This document shows, in pieces, positions 1-10,300 of a stretch of 64,000 nucleotides of DNA. The stretch is from Tubiluchus corallicola. Its lineage: Eukaryota; Animalia; Priapulida. The notes under the pieces were generated by a model. That model had not been told where the DNA came from and ran no database searches. It saw nothing but the letters and a program-made list of their open reading frames with translations. The DNA is taken from contig JAQGDQ010000623.1 of the NCBI GenBank assembly GCA_030141605.1, positions 44,361-108,360 on the forward strand. Reading direction: 5' to 3'. How positions within the stretch are numbered: position 1 is the first letter of the stretch; the number at the start of each line of letters is the position of its first letter. Both the position numbers and the translations under genes were made by a program.

Positions 1-19
1 TTTTAGGATACAAATTAAG

Positions 20-260
20 AATATTGGGTAAGGATTTCAACATTTTGTGAACAAACCGTTGTATGCCTAACGTTATGTCTGCAAAACGTTTGCAGTGGCT
101 GTTTCCATTTCGTTTAAATTCAATGTAATCATTGAGGCCGGTACCTCAGGGGTTGGTGCTAGGCCCACTTTTGATTCTAATACACATCACTAATTCTCCG
201 AAAGTAGTCAAAATGTGGTTTAAAAAATTTTTGATAGCAACAACATGCAATTTGATATTC
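20..260 (+). mobile_element. Decayed CR1/L2-type RT fragment
   Basis: PVPQGLVLGPLLILIHITNSP resembles [21 protein letters not shown]. Confidence 0.6.
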
Positions 261-347
261 AAAATACTGAAATCCTTTCCTAATTTATTCGTTTTGAGTA
301 GTTTTTCCAGCATTAAATTCTGAAAATATTCTCATTCTTGCTTTCAG

Positions 348-772
348 CTATTTATTTGTGACAATTTCGTTGACGATTGGAGAATCGCCATGACTTGGGA
401 GCGAGTGGGGCAGCTCGCCCTGGAAATTTTCATCTGTGCCATTCATCCCATTCCGGGCGAGTACTACTTCACCTGGACCACTGCCGTCCGGTTCCGCTCT
501 GAAGGTGAGATCCAGTCGAACGACGTTCCAGTGGACGTTCTACTGTCACTTCCCATGTTTCTCAGGCTCTATCTCATCTGTCGGGTGATGCTCTTGCACA
601 GCAAGTTGTTCACAGACGCCTCCTCGCGAAGTATAGGAGCGCTAAATCGTATAAATTTCAACACCAGATTTGTGCTAAAAACTCTAATGACTATTTGCCC
701 AGGAACAGTATTATTAGTGTTTATGGTGTCGCTGTGGTTAATCGCTAGTTGGCTATTGCGGGCGTGTGAAAG
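348..772 (+). CDS. KCNN: SK channel exon: S2-S3 linker, S3, S4, S4-S5 linker, S5
   Basis: Acceptor ctttcag|CTA at 347/348 and donor AG|gtaagt at 772/773. Translates [16 protein letters not shown]...CAIHPIPG...LPMFLRLYL...[17 protein letters not shown]...[16 protein letters not shown]...RACER, which are SK-family hallmarks. Confidence 0.97.
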
Positions 773-1729
773 GTAAGTTCAGACGTATCTCAGCTGTATT
801 TTTACTAAGACTTATGTCTGTTGTGTTTTTACTTAGCTCCGTAACTTATTCATTGACTACAGGGCACCGGGTAGTGCTTTGCACTTTTTATTGTCTCACT
901 GTGTGATAATTGCCTGGTGGACAACTAGATACCCTGCTCCTTCGTCCCACTCACAATGTTATCTAATATATATTTAAGTGAGTCCATTTTTGTATGTATA
1001 TTATTGTTGTTATGCATTGTGAAATAAACATTCATATCTTATCTTATTTTATTATAGTGGCCCATGAGATGCTGCAACTATCTTGATTTTGACCTCTGAC
1101 ATTTTCTGGCGTTAACGTTATTCTCACATTTTTTCATATATAGACACAGACCTAGACCTAAATGCAGACATAGACATATGGGCATAGCTATAAACATAGA
1201 CCGAGGCATAGGCATAAGCACAAGCATTGCTGTAGCCTTAGGCATGAACGTAACCACAGGCACAGACATAGATATGAAGGTTTTAATTTTCTTCTTTTGA
1301 GCACTTATGTAATAATTGCATTGCATTTTAGTTGCGCTGAGTAAGAGAAGCCCGTGACCGGTTGTGAGTTATCAAATCTATGGAAAGGAGGCGTTTAACC
1401 ATATAGTGAACGTACCCTCATTATTTTTTGTGTCTAGGCCTAATTGAATTTATTTATTTACTTGTGTTTGTTTGTTCGTTTGTTTTTCGTGAAGTTTTGT
1501 TAATATGACCAGACCATATTTAATGGCGTCAACGGTTTACGAGTTTTAAAGCTGAATTACAAATATCTATGATCGTTACATTTGGTTCTACATCTCCTGC
1601 GTTCATTACAGCTATAAATGACTTTCATCAACAATGACGTCATATTAGTGTTATGGGTTTTAAAGCAGACCTTGTCACTGACAAACAGTGCAGAAATGTC
1701 ATGTATGGCTTAACATCGCACAGTGGACA

Positions 1730-1830
1730 GACGATTAATTAATCCAGCTTACAAAAGTAATGTACGTCAAGGATCCATTCTTGGACCACTTATGTTTAGA
1801 AGTGACATTAATGATATGGGCTGTTTGGAG
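1730..1830 (+). mobile_element. Decayed LINE RT fragment
   Basis: NVRQGSILGPLMFRSDINDM motif. Confidence 0.55.
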
Positions 1831-2760
1831 GGCGGTCGCTTTTTTCCTTTTCAAAAAGTGGGTTCAAAAAGCAAAAAAAAACTGCTGACCAAAACTTGTC
1901 TCATTTATAGTGTAATAAGCATATAAAGTTTAGCATATGCAGAACTTTCTAACACTACCAGGTTGTTATAGTTTTGCTTTTATCTGCTTCTGGCTTTTTT
2001 TTATAGAAAAACCAAGTTTCGCTTGGTGAGAATATGCAGGATTATATATTTTATTCTAAGAAGTTGAAACTGTGCTACAGTTAACAAAAGCATCAAATTG
2101 ACTTTCTCATGAAAAAGTCTGATATATTAGGCAAACAAATCTAACCAGGCGTGACAAACGATCAACCAGATCGTCGCATAAATAATGAACAGTTTCCTAA
2201 TTAGGCGAATAATTTGCTGATAGCGATTGCTTCCTGTGCTGCAGGTGTTACTGAAGATTACAATCTGTATTGAGTAACCACATCTTAGGAAAATGAAACC
2301 ACCGGGTAACCGCGTTCTGAACAAATGAAGCCACATCGTGGCACTCCACGTGGTGCGGGGGTTTCAACATAAATATTTGAGAAGCTAATGCAGAAGTGAG
2401 AGGCTTGTGCGAGAATTTGGTTTGGAAGGTGATATGTTTTTGCTAAAGGAAGCGATAAATTGCGTTAAGGTAGTAATCCCTCAAACTTGTGCTGAGGATA
2501 ATGATGAAATTTAATGGTTTACGCGCCATGGGCTATGGATAATTTATGTAGCTTCCTCGCACTAACTTAGTTAGTGGATTAGGGGAATATTTATTGTCTT
2601 TCATTCTTGTGTGCTATCGCCAGCTTGTATTAAAAGTGAATAAAGAATGATGGATAAATACTAAAATGTATTGAAGCATCTCTCTCTGTCTCTTTGGTCC
2701 TCTCTCTCTGTCTCTCTGTACCAGTCTCTGCTCTCACTCCCTTCCAGTCTCTCTTTTTTC

Positions 2761-2814
<54 letters not shown>

Positions 2815-2863
2815 GTTCTATTATATTTTATTTTGACATTAAACAAGATTTATTAAATAAATA

Positions 2864-2903
<40 letters not shown>

Positions 2904-2919
2904 TCACTCTCTCTCTCTT

Positions 2920-3097
2920 TCTCTTTTGCTTTTGAACATATGGACTGGACAAAACATTATGAACAGTACAACAAGACACCCTTGCAAAACAGACGCGTGC
3001 TTCGCGGCGCATAACCGATAAAGCACAATGGTCTGGTATTATTCGTAAATGCAATGCCTAACGAGAATGACTTCCTCTCAGTTGATTACATCCTTTA
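2920..3097 (+). repeat. About 175-bp repeat with an inverted copy at 8377-8555
   Basis: ttttgaacatatgg.ctggacaaaac...cacaatggtctggtattattcgtaaatgcaatgcctaa...atccttta reverse-complements 8377-8555. Confidence 0.9.
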
Positions 3098-3248
3098 GGC
3101 ACTCTGGCTGCTCGTGACAGAGTAATAACATTGCTGCTTCATCCTGCATGGAATAACGATTTCCATTGTCAGCTGCCGCTGCGACAGTCACAATTACATG
3201 CCGTTTACCTCGACTCGTGTGACGAATTCCAAAGCGTTGCGTGTAAGC

Positions 3249-3307
<59 letters not shown>

Positions 3308-3566
3308 GGGATGAAGAAAGAGAAACAAAGAGAGAGAGAAGAAAGAGAAAGAATGGGAAGGACAGAGAGAGAAGGATGGAGGGAGAGAGTAAGCGGGAGA
3401 GAGACAAGGGAGGAAGAAAGAGAAACAAAGAGACAGAGAAGAAAGAGAAAGAGGGAACGTACAGAGGGAGAGAGATAAGGGAGGAAGAAAGAGAAACAAA
3501 TAGACAGAGAAGAAAGAGAAAGAGGGGACGTACAGAGGGAAAAGGGGACAAGGGAAAGAGCAAGAC

Positions 3567-3609
<43 letters not shown>

Positions 3610-4358
3610 GGAAGGGAAGAAAGGTATATTATTATTATAAATCTTTTTATTATACAAATATACATATATACAATTCCCTCTATTTGTAGAGAGGTCGTTT
3701 TACATGCGTTTTACATATTACCTGATTGCTATTATGACATTATATTATAACATATTTGCATTTACAATTTGCATTTTTTTCTGATTGTTACAACCGTTTG
3801 ACTAGTGACCTTGTAAGCTATGAAGTGTTCACTCACTTTGACCTTAAACGTTGACCTCGGTTATGACTTCTGACCTTTCGCCTCCACACTTATGTCAGGC
3901 AGAAAAACCCTTGGTGGAAAACGAATAACGGTATTGGCTTCAGCTGTTTGCTAGACTTGACTCCAGAAAGACAGCCAGAAAACAAATAAACAAACAAACA
4001 AATAAGCTGGAAGGACAACCGCTCTCTTTAGTTTAAGTAAATATCCCACAGAAGTAGGTCAAGGCTACTGGAAGATGAAACATGCAGGACACTCATCCAC
4101 ACACTTGTTTTACTGCAATAGAAGATGTGAAATCATCACACAACAGAGATAAAATGAGCAAAAAGGAGTTTTTCTCAGCTTATGATGACTGTGAAGCCAT
4201 CATCTCTGACTCAACATCGATGGCTTCCCTCGTGGTATCAATATTTTAAAAAGGGACTATTTTAAATTATTATAATAATAGTAAATTACTGCTGATTGTA
4301 AGCCATCCGCGCTGCATTAGGAATTAGCATGGGCAACTCTTCTTATTCCTGTACAAGA

Positions 4359-5100
4359 TTAAAGGAAAGAATAAGTCACTTAGCATGTTGAGTTTAATTT
4401 ACTGTTATCACTTAAACTTAGAAAAATATAACTAAGAAATTTGCAAAAAAACTTTCTGTAAAGCGTAAATACAAATATATCTTAATAGAAATTCTCAGGC
4501 ATGGTAATCTCTGGCATTCACTTGATAATTATAATGTAACTGGTGGACTTTGTGACTTTTCGTAAGCACATGGTGACTTGAGTCTGCTCTGCTTACCTAA
4601 TGTTAATGCAAATATATCACAAAATTAGCTATGTAATTTTTTGCAAAAGTTTATTATACTTTTGATGGAATTTGAAAGTGCGCTGCTTTTCTGACGTCAT
4701 TGATGAAAGAATGGGCGTGAAATGATCTTGACTTTAAAGATCTGTTAGTTTGTGACGAACTTCAAACGTTCGACAACTCTTGCATGAGTACAGCTGTAAA
4801 TTTGAAATTGGACTTTTTATCTTAAAACTTGTCACAACGCACAAAATATCTTTTTATCACTGTACTTCAATTTTCTTTTCCACAAACACGTGCAACACGC
4901 TCGTGGAATATTTTTGCTGTGGAAAATTATATTAGTTTGTGATGTCATCAACAGTTGAGCTCACCCACCGTTAATTAAGATTGTAATTTATTATTTAATT
5001 GTCAGAAACGCTTTTGCAGTATTAACTGTGTTAAGATGTATACTTTTTATCTGACTTTATAATGGGGTAATATATGAAAAATCATTCTGTCTTCCTTTAA
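4359..5100. mobile_element. TTAA-flanked non-autonomous DNA element (Kolobok-like MITE)
   Basis: TTAA|AGGAAAGA ... TGTCTTCCT|TTAA. The internal core (cttcaattttc...aaacacgtgc) is shared with copies near 21.9, 28.3, 41.7 and 44.8 kb. Confidence 0.7.
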
Positions 5101-5149
5101 GCCTTCATCAAAGGTTGTCTTAGTCCTTGAAGAACTCAATAAAATTTTT

Positions 5150-5450
5150 TTTTATAAAATTTAATTGGATAAAATTAAGAAAACATGCTCTTTTTAGGCA
5201 CTCCAACTGAAGCTATTGAGTAGCTTAGTCTGGTGTACACTTGCGTGATCGTACACACTAATTTATTGATCGCCTACTTGCTACAGCCCAAGCTGTGCGG
5301 TGTTCTTCTGGTACTCCAGGAAAAAACAAAGGATCAGCAAAGGACAAGTTCGTTTCATCTTTTAAAACCTCTTCTTAAGGATTTTGACCTTAAAAATAGA
5401 GCAGTCCTGAGCCCAAAATGTGTCAGAGTGTGGTGTCTGAATGGTTGAAA
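5150..5450 (+). repeat. Dispersed repeat; inverted copy at about 59650-59930
   Basis: Shared tgtacacttgcgtgatcgtacacacta.tttattgatcgcctacttg.tacagcccaagctgtgc. Confidence 0.85.
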
Positions 5451-6254
5451 TTAACTAAACTAGTCGCTTTTCATGCAAGTGATACTGTACATTATTATGG
5501 TGCAAACAGTGCAGTTACTGAAAGTTTTTTTTCAATTTTTTGTCAAAAATTCGTCTAAGCTAAGCAAAGGCATTGCATATATAATTGTGCGTGAAAGTCC
5601 AATATAAGAGGAATGGAAACCTACAAAAATTATCAAATATAGTGTAATTGTTTCTTAGTGAGAGTTTTTCATAAAATCGTGCAAAATGCAGCAAACTCTT
5701 ACCGTCCTCAAGGCGTTATCCCACATACAGTTATAGCCAACTAAGACGCTGGAGACAACTAACAGTGTTTGATTTGAAAGCTGTTCTTAATACGAAAATG
5801 GTTGGAAACAATTGTGGAAGTAACGAAAAGATTGTGGAAGTTTGCAGAAAACGGCGGCAGTCAAGATTAGTTATTATTTGGTAGCGTCATAACCGACATC
5901 AGTTCAACAAATGCTGCAAGTAGAATAATGAAAACAAGTGGTGAAGTGACAAAAAACTTGCTACCTTTATTCGGTACCCTTTGTTCGATTAAAACCATCA
6001 TCAGGTGAAAAAAATAAACAATAGAAGCAAAGTAGGCTGTAAGCAATGTTGTTATTAATTAGTTGTTTGCTTTCACTTTTTATTCTTCGCCTAATTGTGG
6101 TTTACAATCGAATCATAGGATCATGAATAAAATTAATAAGTTTTTTCATCATTTTTTGGTCTTTTCCATTTTCATGCACACAGTATTTGTTGGCCTAAAT
6201 TTGGTCACGTTGTTGCCAACTAATAATTAATAACTTAACTGTTTTATTTATCTG

Positions 6255-6500
6255 CTGTGTGGCTCTTTGATTTGTGGTCCTTTAACTTGGGGTCTTTGAT
6301 CTGTGGTCCTTTGACCTGTGGTCCTTTGACCTGTGGTCCTTTGACCCGTGGTCCTTTGACCCGTGGTCCTTTGACCCGTGGTCCTTTGACCCGTGGTCCT
6401 TTGTCCTGTGGTCCTTTGACCTGTGTTCCTTTGACCTGTGGTCCTTTGAACTGAGGTTCTTTGACTTGTGGTCCTTTGATCTGTGGTCCTTTGACTGGTT
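6255..6500. repeat. 15-bp minisatellite (TGTGGTCCTTTGACC)n, about 15 copies
   Basis: Directly visible; gives the spurious KGPQV and GPLTC ORFs. Confidence 0.95.
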
Positions 6501-7100
6501 GTTGTTTGTTAGGCCATTTGAGGAAACACGAACTGGGCGTCACACAATGAAGCCATGACTTCTAAATTTCTCTGGCTTTGTGTGTAATGTCCTTCTCGAT
6601 ATGGCTTCATACTCCTCTCGCTGGCAGCTGAAATCGAACCTTTAATGGAGAGTAGCCGGATTCCTGGATAGATTTGGCTCCTACTCAAGACGCTGGGATT
6701 GAAAGCACTTGCTTGTTATAGCGAGCCTAATCACGCCGTTATGAAACCTCTCATCAAAGGGCATCTTGCTGAGTGTTCATTTTATTCGAGACGTTGGACT
6801 ATTACTGTATGGATGCTGCAATCTCAATCGCACTGGTGCTTGGGGTTTGCTTACAAAATGAGCCTTGTCTTATGAGATTGCAAACGTCTCCTTGTTTGCC
6901 CCCCTCTCTCTCTCTCTCTCTATCTTTCTCTCGCTCTCTCTCGTTCTCTATCTTTCTCTCTCTCTGTTTGTGTGCTTCTATCATTCTCTCCTCTCTGTCT
7001 CTCTGTCTTTCTCCTCTCTGTCTCTCCCCCATTCCTTCCCCTTTCTCTCTGTGTCTCTCTGTCATTCCCTGTCTGCTTCCGTTTCTCTCTCTTTCTCAGT

Positions 7101-7131
<31 letters not shown>

Positions 7132-7218
7132 CGTCTCTCTCTCTCTCTCTCTCTCTCGATCCCTCTCTTTCTCTGCAATTCTCTTTCTTCAATTCTATTT
7201 TGGCTATCCCCCTTCCCC

Positions 7219-7257
<39 letters not shown>

Positions 7258-7494
7258 CCTCTCTCTCGCTAAGTCCCTTTGTTCCATCCCGTTTTGGTTG
7301 TTATTGTTGTGAGTTGACTGAAATTAGTCAATAGCCAAACCTCATACCCAAGCAAATATCCAAATCGAGGCCTACCTGTTCCCAAAGGCTTCACCACACT
7401 AAGATGCAGCAACGAGAAAATAAAATTCTTGTAACTAATTTGTTAGTGATTGGATTATACCCCGTCTGTTCTTCTTGAAGGACAACGTCTTCTG

Positions 7495-7780
7495 ACAAGC
7501 AATACCACAGATAAGAAGCCTGAGGAAAAAATAAAACACTTGTAACAAAACGAAAATTTCGCCCAGTGTTCTCGCAATTTGATACCTATCGCCTTTCTGT
7601 TAAGCAATGCCACGGATAAGCAGCCCGAGGAAAAATAAAACAATTGTAACAACACGAAAATATTGCCCAGTGTCCTCGCAATTTGATACCTATCGACTTT
7701 CTGTTAAGCAATACCACGGATAAGCAGCCCGAGGAAAAAATAAAACAATTGTAACAACACGAAAATTTCTCCCCGTGCCC
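7495..7780. repeat. About 107-bp tandem repeat, about 2.7 copies
   Basis: Recurrent aagcaata/gccac.gataag.agcc.gaggaaaa.ataaaaca.ttgtaacaa.acgaaaat. Confidence 0.9.
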
Positions 7781-8376
7781 TTGTAGTTTCGCTCTCATTT
7801 TACTATCTCCCCAGTAACTCTCACTTCTCTCTACACAACAGTCAGTGTTAGCCTCATGCGCAAAATACTCTGTTTGCAGACCAATGTAGTCCATTAGCGC
7901 ATTTATTTTTATCCTGGGGTCTGTTTACCTTCATTTCTCGCTCTTGCTAAAACCGCTTGACGAGCGGCCCAGTTTGCCAACAAGCCTGCATAATAAGCAA
8001 GAACGTTTTTTCGTCAATATCAGCAAGTTTAACCCTTTGGTTTTGCCACCCGGGCCGGTTTGATCCAACTGTGTTACCTGAAGAGAGAGAGAAAGAGATA
8101 GAAAGAGAAAGGAATAGACAATTAGGTCTCTAGGGACTCAGAAGATGATTAGGAGTCAGATTTTGCACCTGGCTCAGTAGTGTTTTGATTCTTAGAGAGA
8201 ATACAGAAGCTTGTTCCTGTAGGTTACATTCAGTACAGCATGCATGGCATAGAGAGGAAAAGAGAGAGAGGGGGAGAGTGAGTGAGAGAGAGAGTGGGAG
8301 AAAGTGTGAAAGAAAAAGGGAGGGGAGAGGGAGAGAGAGAGATTGAGAGAGAGAGGGAGAGTAGGGAGAGGATGCA

Positions 8377-8555
8377 TAAAGGATATAATCAATTGAGAGG
8401 AAGTCATTCTCATTAGGCATTGCATTTACGAATAATACCAGACCATTGTGTTTCATCGGTTACGCGCCGCGAAGCAGGCGTCTGTTTTGCAGCCGTGTCT
8501 TGTTGTACAGTACATAAAGTTTTGTCCAGCCCATATGTTCAAAAGGAAAAGAGAC
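8377..8555 (-). repeat. Inverted copy of the 2920-3097 repeat
   Basis: Direct comparison. The ORF track shows the same peptide, MHLRIIPDHC, on opposite strands at the two sites. Confidence 0.9.
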
Positions 8556-8884
8556 AGCAAAAGAGAGAGAAAGAAAGAAAGAGAGAGAGAGTGAAGGAGA
8601 GAGAGAGAGAGAGAGAGAAGCGAAAGAGAGAGGGGGAGGCTTTTGCCAGCATTTCTAATTATAGTGATTCTCAGAACCGCTGGGAACTGTTTGCTGCCGA
8701 GGTTTTTCTGGAAAATCTCTGGTCTGTAAAGCTGGAGCAAATAATGTGGAATATCCAGGGAAATCAAAGAGCAATAAAAGCAATTTTGTATCATCAAGCA
8801 GCTTGGAAGACTCTTGCTAATAATGAATCTCACCACTCTCCCCGACATCTCAGGGGGCTAAAAATAACCAACTGCTTGTGGTCG

Positions 8885-9153
8885 CTCTCGTTCTCTCTTT
8901 CTCGCTCTCTCCCTCTTCATCTCTGTTTCTCATTCCCTCCCTCTCTCTCTCCCTCTTCACCTCTGTTTCTCATTCCCCCCTCTCTCTCTCTCTCTCTCTG
9001 TCTCTCTTTCTCTCTCTCTCTCTATCTATCTCTCCCTCTCTGTTTCTCATTCCCCCTTCTCTCTCTCTCTATCTCTCTATCTCTTTCTCTCTGTTCTCTC
9101 CCTCTCTGTCTCTCATTCCCCACTCTCTCTCCCTCTCTGTCTCTCATTCCCCC

Positions 9154-9195
<42 letters not shown>

Positions 9196-9254
9196 ATCTA
9201 TCTATCTCTCCCTCTCTGTCTCTCATTCCCCACCCTCTCTCTTTTTCTCACTCC

Positions 9255-9320
<66 letters not shown>

Positions 9321-9375
9321 CTCCCTCTCTGTCTCTCATTCCCCTCCCTGCCCTCTCTCTTTTTCTCACTCCCTC

Positions 9376-9432
<57 letters not shown>

Positions 9433-9445
9433 GCTCTCTCCCTCT
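8885..9445. repeat. (CT)n-rich polypyrimidine tract; similar (CT)n/(GA)n tracts at 2680-2925, 3255-3620, 6900-7270, 8250-8370, 8560-8640, 21960-22215 and 37425-37700
   Basis: Directly visible. Confidence 0.95.
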
Positions 9446-10044
9446 TGTTTTCTGAATCTCAGAGGAGGTAAGAACAACCTGTACAACAGTGGCAACGCTT
9501 GTAGCCAATTCAAACAAATACTGGAAAATATTTGTTGATGTTCTCTGATTAATGGGTATTTTCTGCAATTGCGCTGGTGAACTGCTCGCCTTTTCATGGT
9601 TTATTTTCTCAAGAGTAAAGCAAAAGTGCCTTTCCGTCTCAAGGCTTCTGGGAATGCTTCTCTTTTGAAGAAGGGTGAGGAGGTGAAGAGGAAGTAAAAG
9701 GGAAGCCAGGTTGTTTGTCTCGTTTCCTGGAAAATGTAAATTCCCAATTTATTGAAAAAATACAGCAACGCATGAGTGTGATGCCTATGCTAAACTCAAC
9801 TGTGTACTGGTAACCGTGCTGTGCCTGTTATTTTTCTAGGTTAACCTTTACGTCCGAACCGAAGTCCATAGTTCGAGTCCCAGCCAGGATATTTTTTTAT
9901 CTCTCTGAAACTCGTATCTTCTTTAGTAAATGCAAGATTAAGAAGTTCTTCTTCTTACTGTTTAGTACGTAATTAGTACGTTCAGTAGTAATTAATTTTT
10001 GTCCAATTAGCAAATTGATACAGAAAAATGATGCTAAATCAAAT

Positions 10045-10300
10045 GCTTATATAACCCCGATAGACATTGGAGTTTTTTAGCTCTTTATTATGATTACACA
10101 GAGAATTCATAGTTATTATTAAACAAAAGAAACTTATAGACTAAATAACTTACCTTTTTCTGGTGAATTTCGAACGCGTAAAATCACCATGTTTCGCGTC
10201 TTTGGCGTGAGTGAGCGAGGATGACGTGCGAGGTACAGAAAGCGTCCTTGGTTACGGATGTTTGTTTACCAATCTTTGGTGACCTCGTGACTGTACTCAT
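10045..10300 (+). repeat. Dispersed repeat (second copy at 26645-26678 + 27385-27700), cut here by the LINE
   Basis: Shared gacattggag...atgattacaca.agaattcatagttattatt...ccatgtttcgcgtcttt...gacctcgtgactg.actcat. Confidence 0.8.

Noticed and set aside
132-323. Selective retention of the GVPQGS RT motif at several sites (also about 1760, 14705, 29670 and 34920)
   Set aside because: Most likely recognition bias: this motif is the easiest part of old LINE debris to spot by eye.
6244-6543. Collagen-like or pentapeptide KGPQV protein
   Set aside because: A 15-bp DNA minisatellite open on both strands, with no Gly-X-Y periodicity and no splice signals linking it to a gene.
8420-9538. 372-aa ORF and other SL/ER-repeat ORFs (2.6-3.7, 6.8-7.3, 21.7-22.4 and 37.3-37.8 kb)
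   Set aside because: (CT)n/(GA)n tracts lack stop codons, and no domain content is present.
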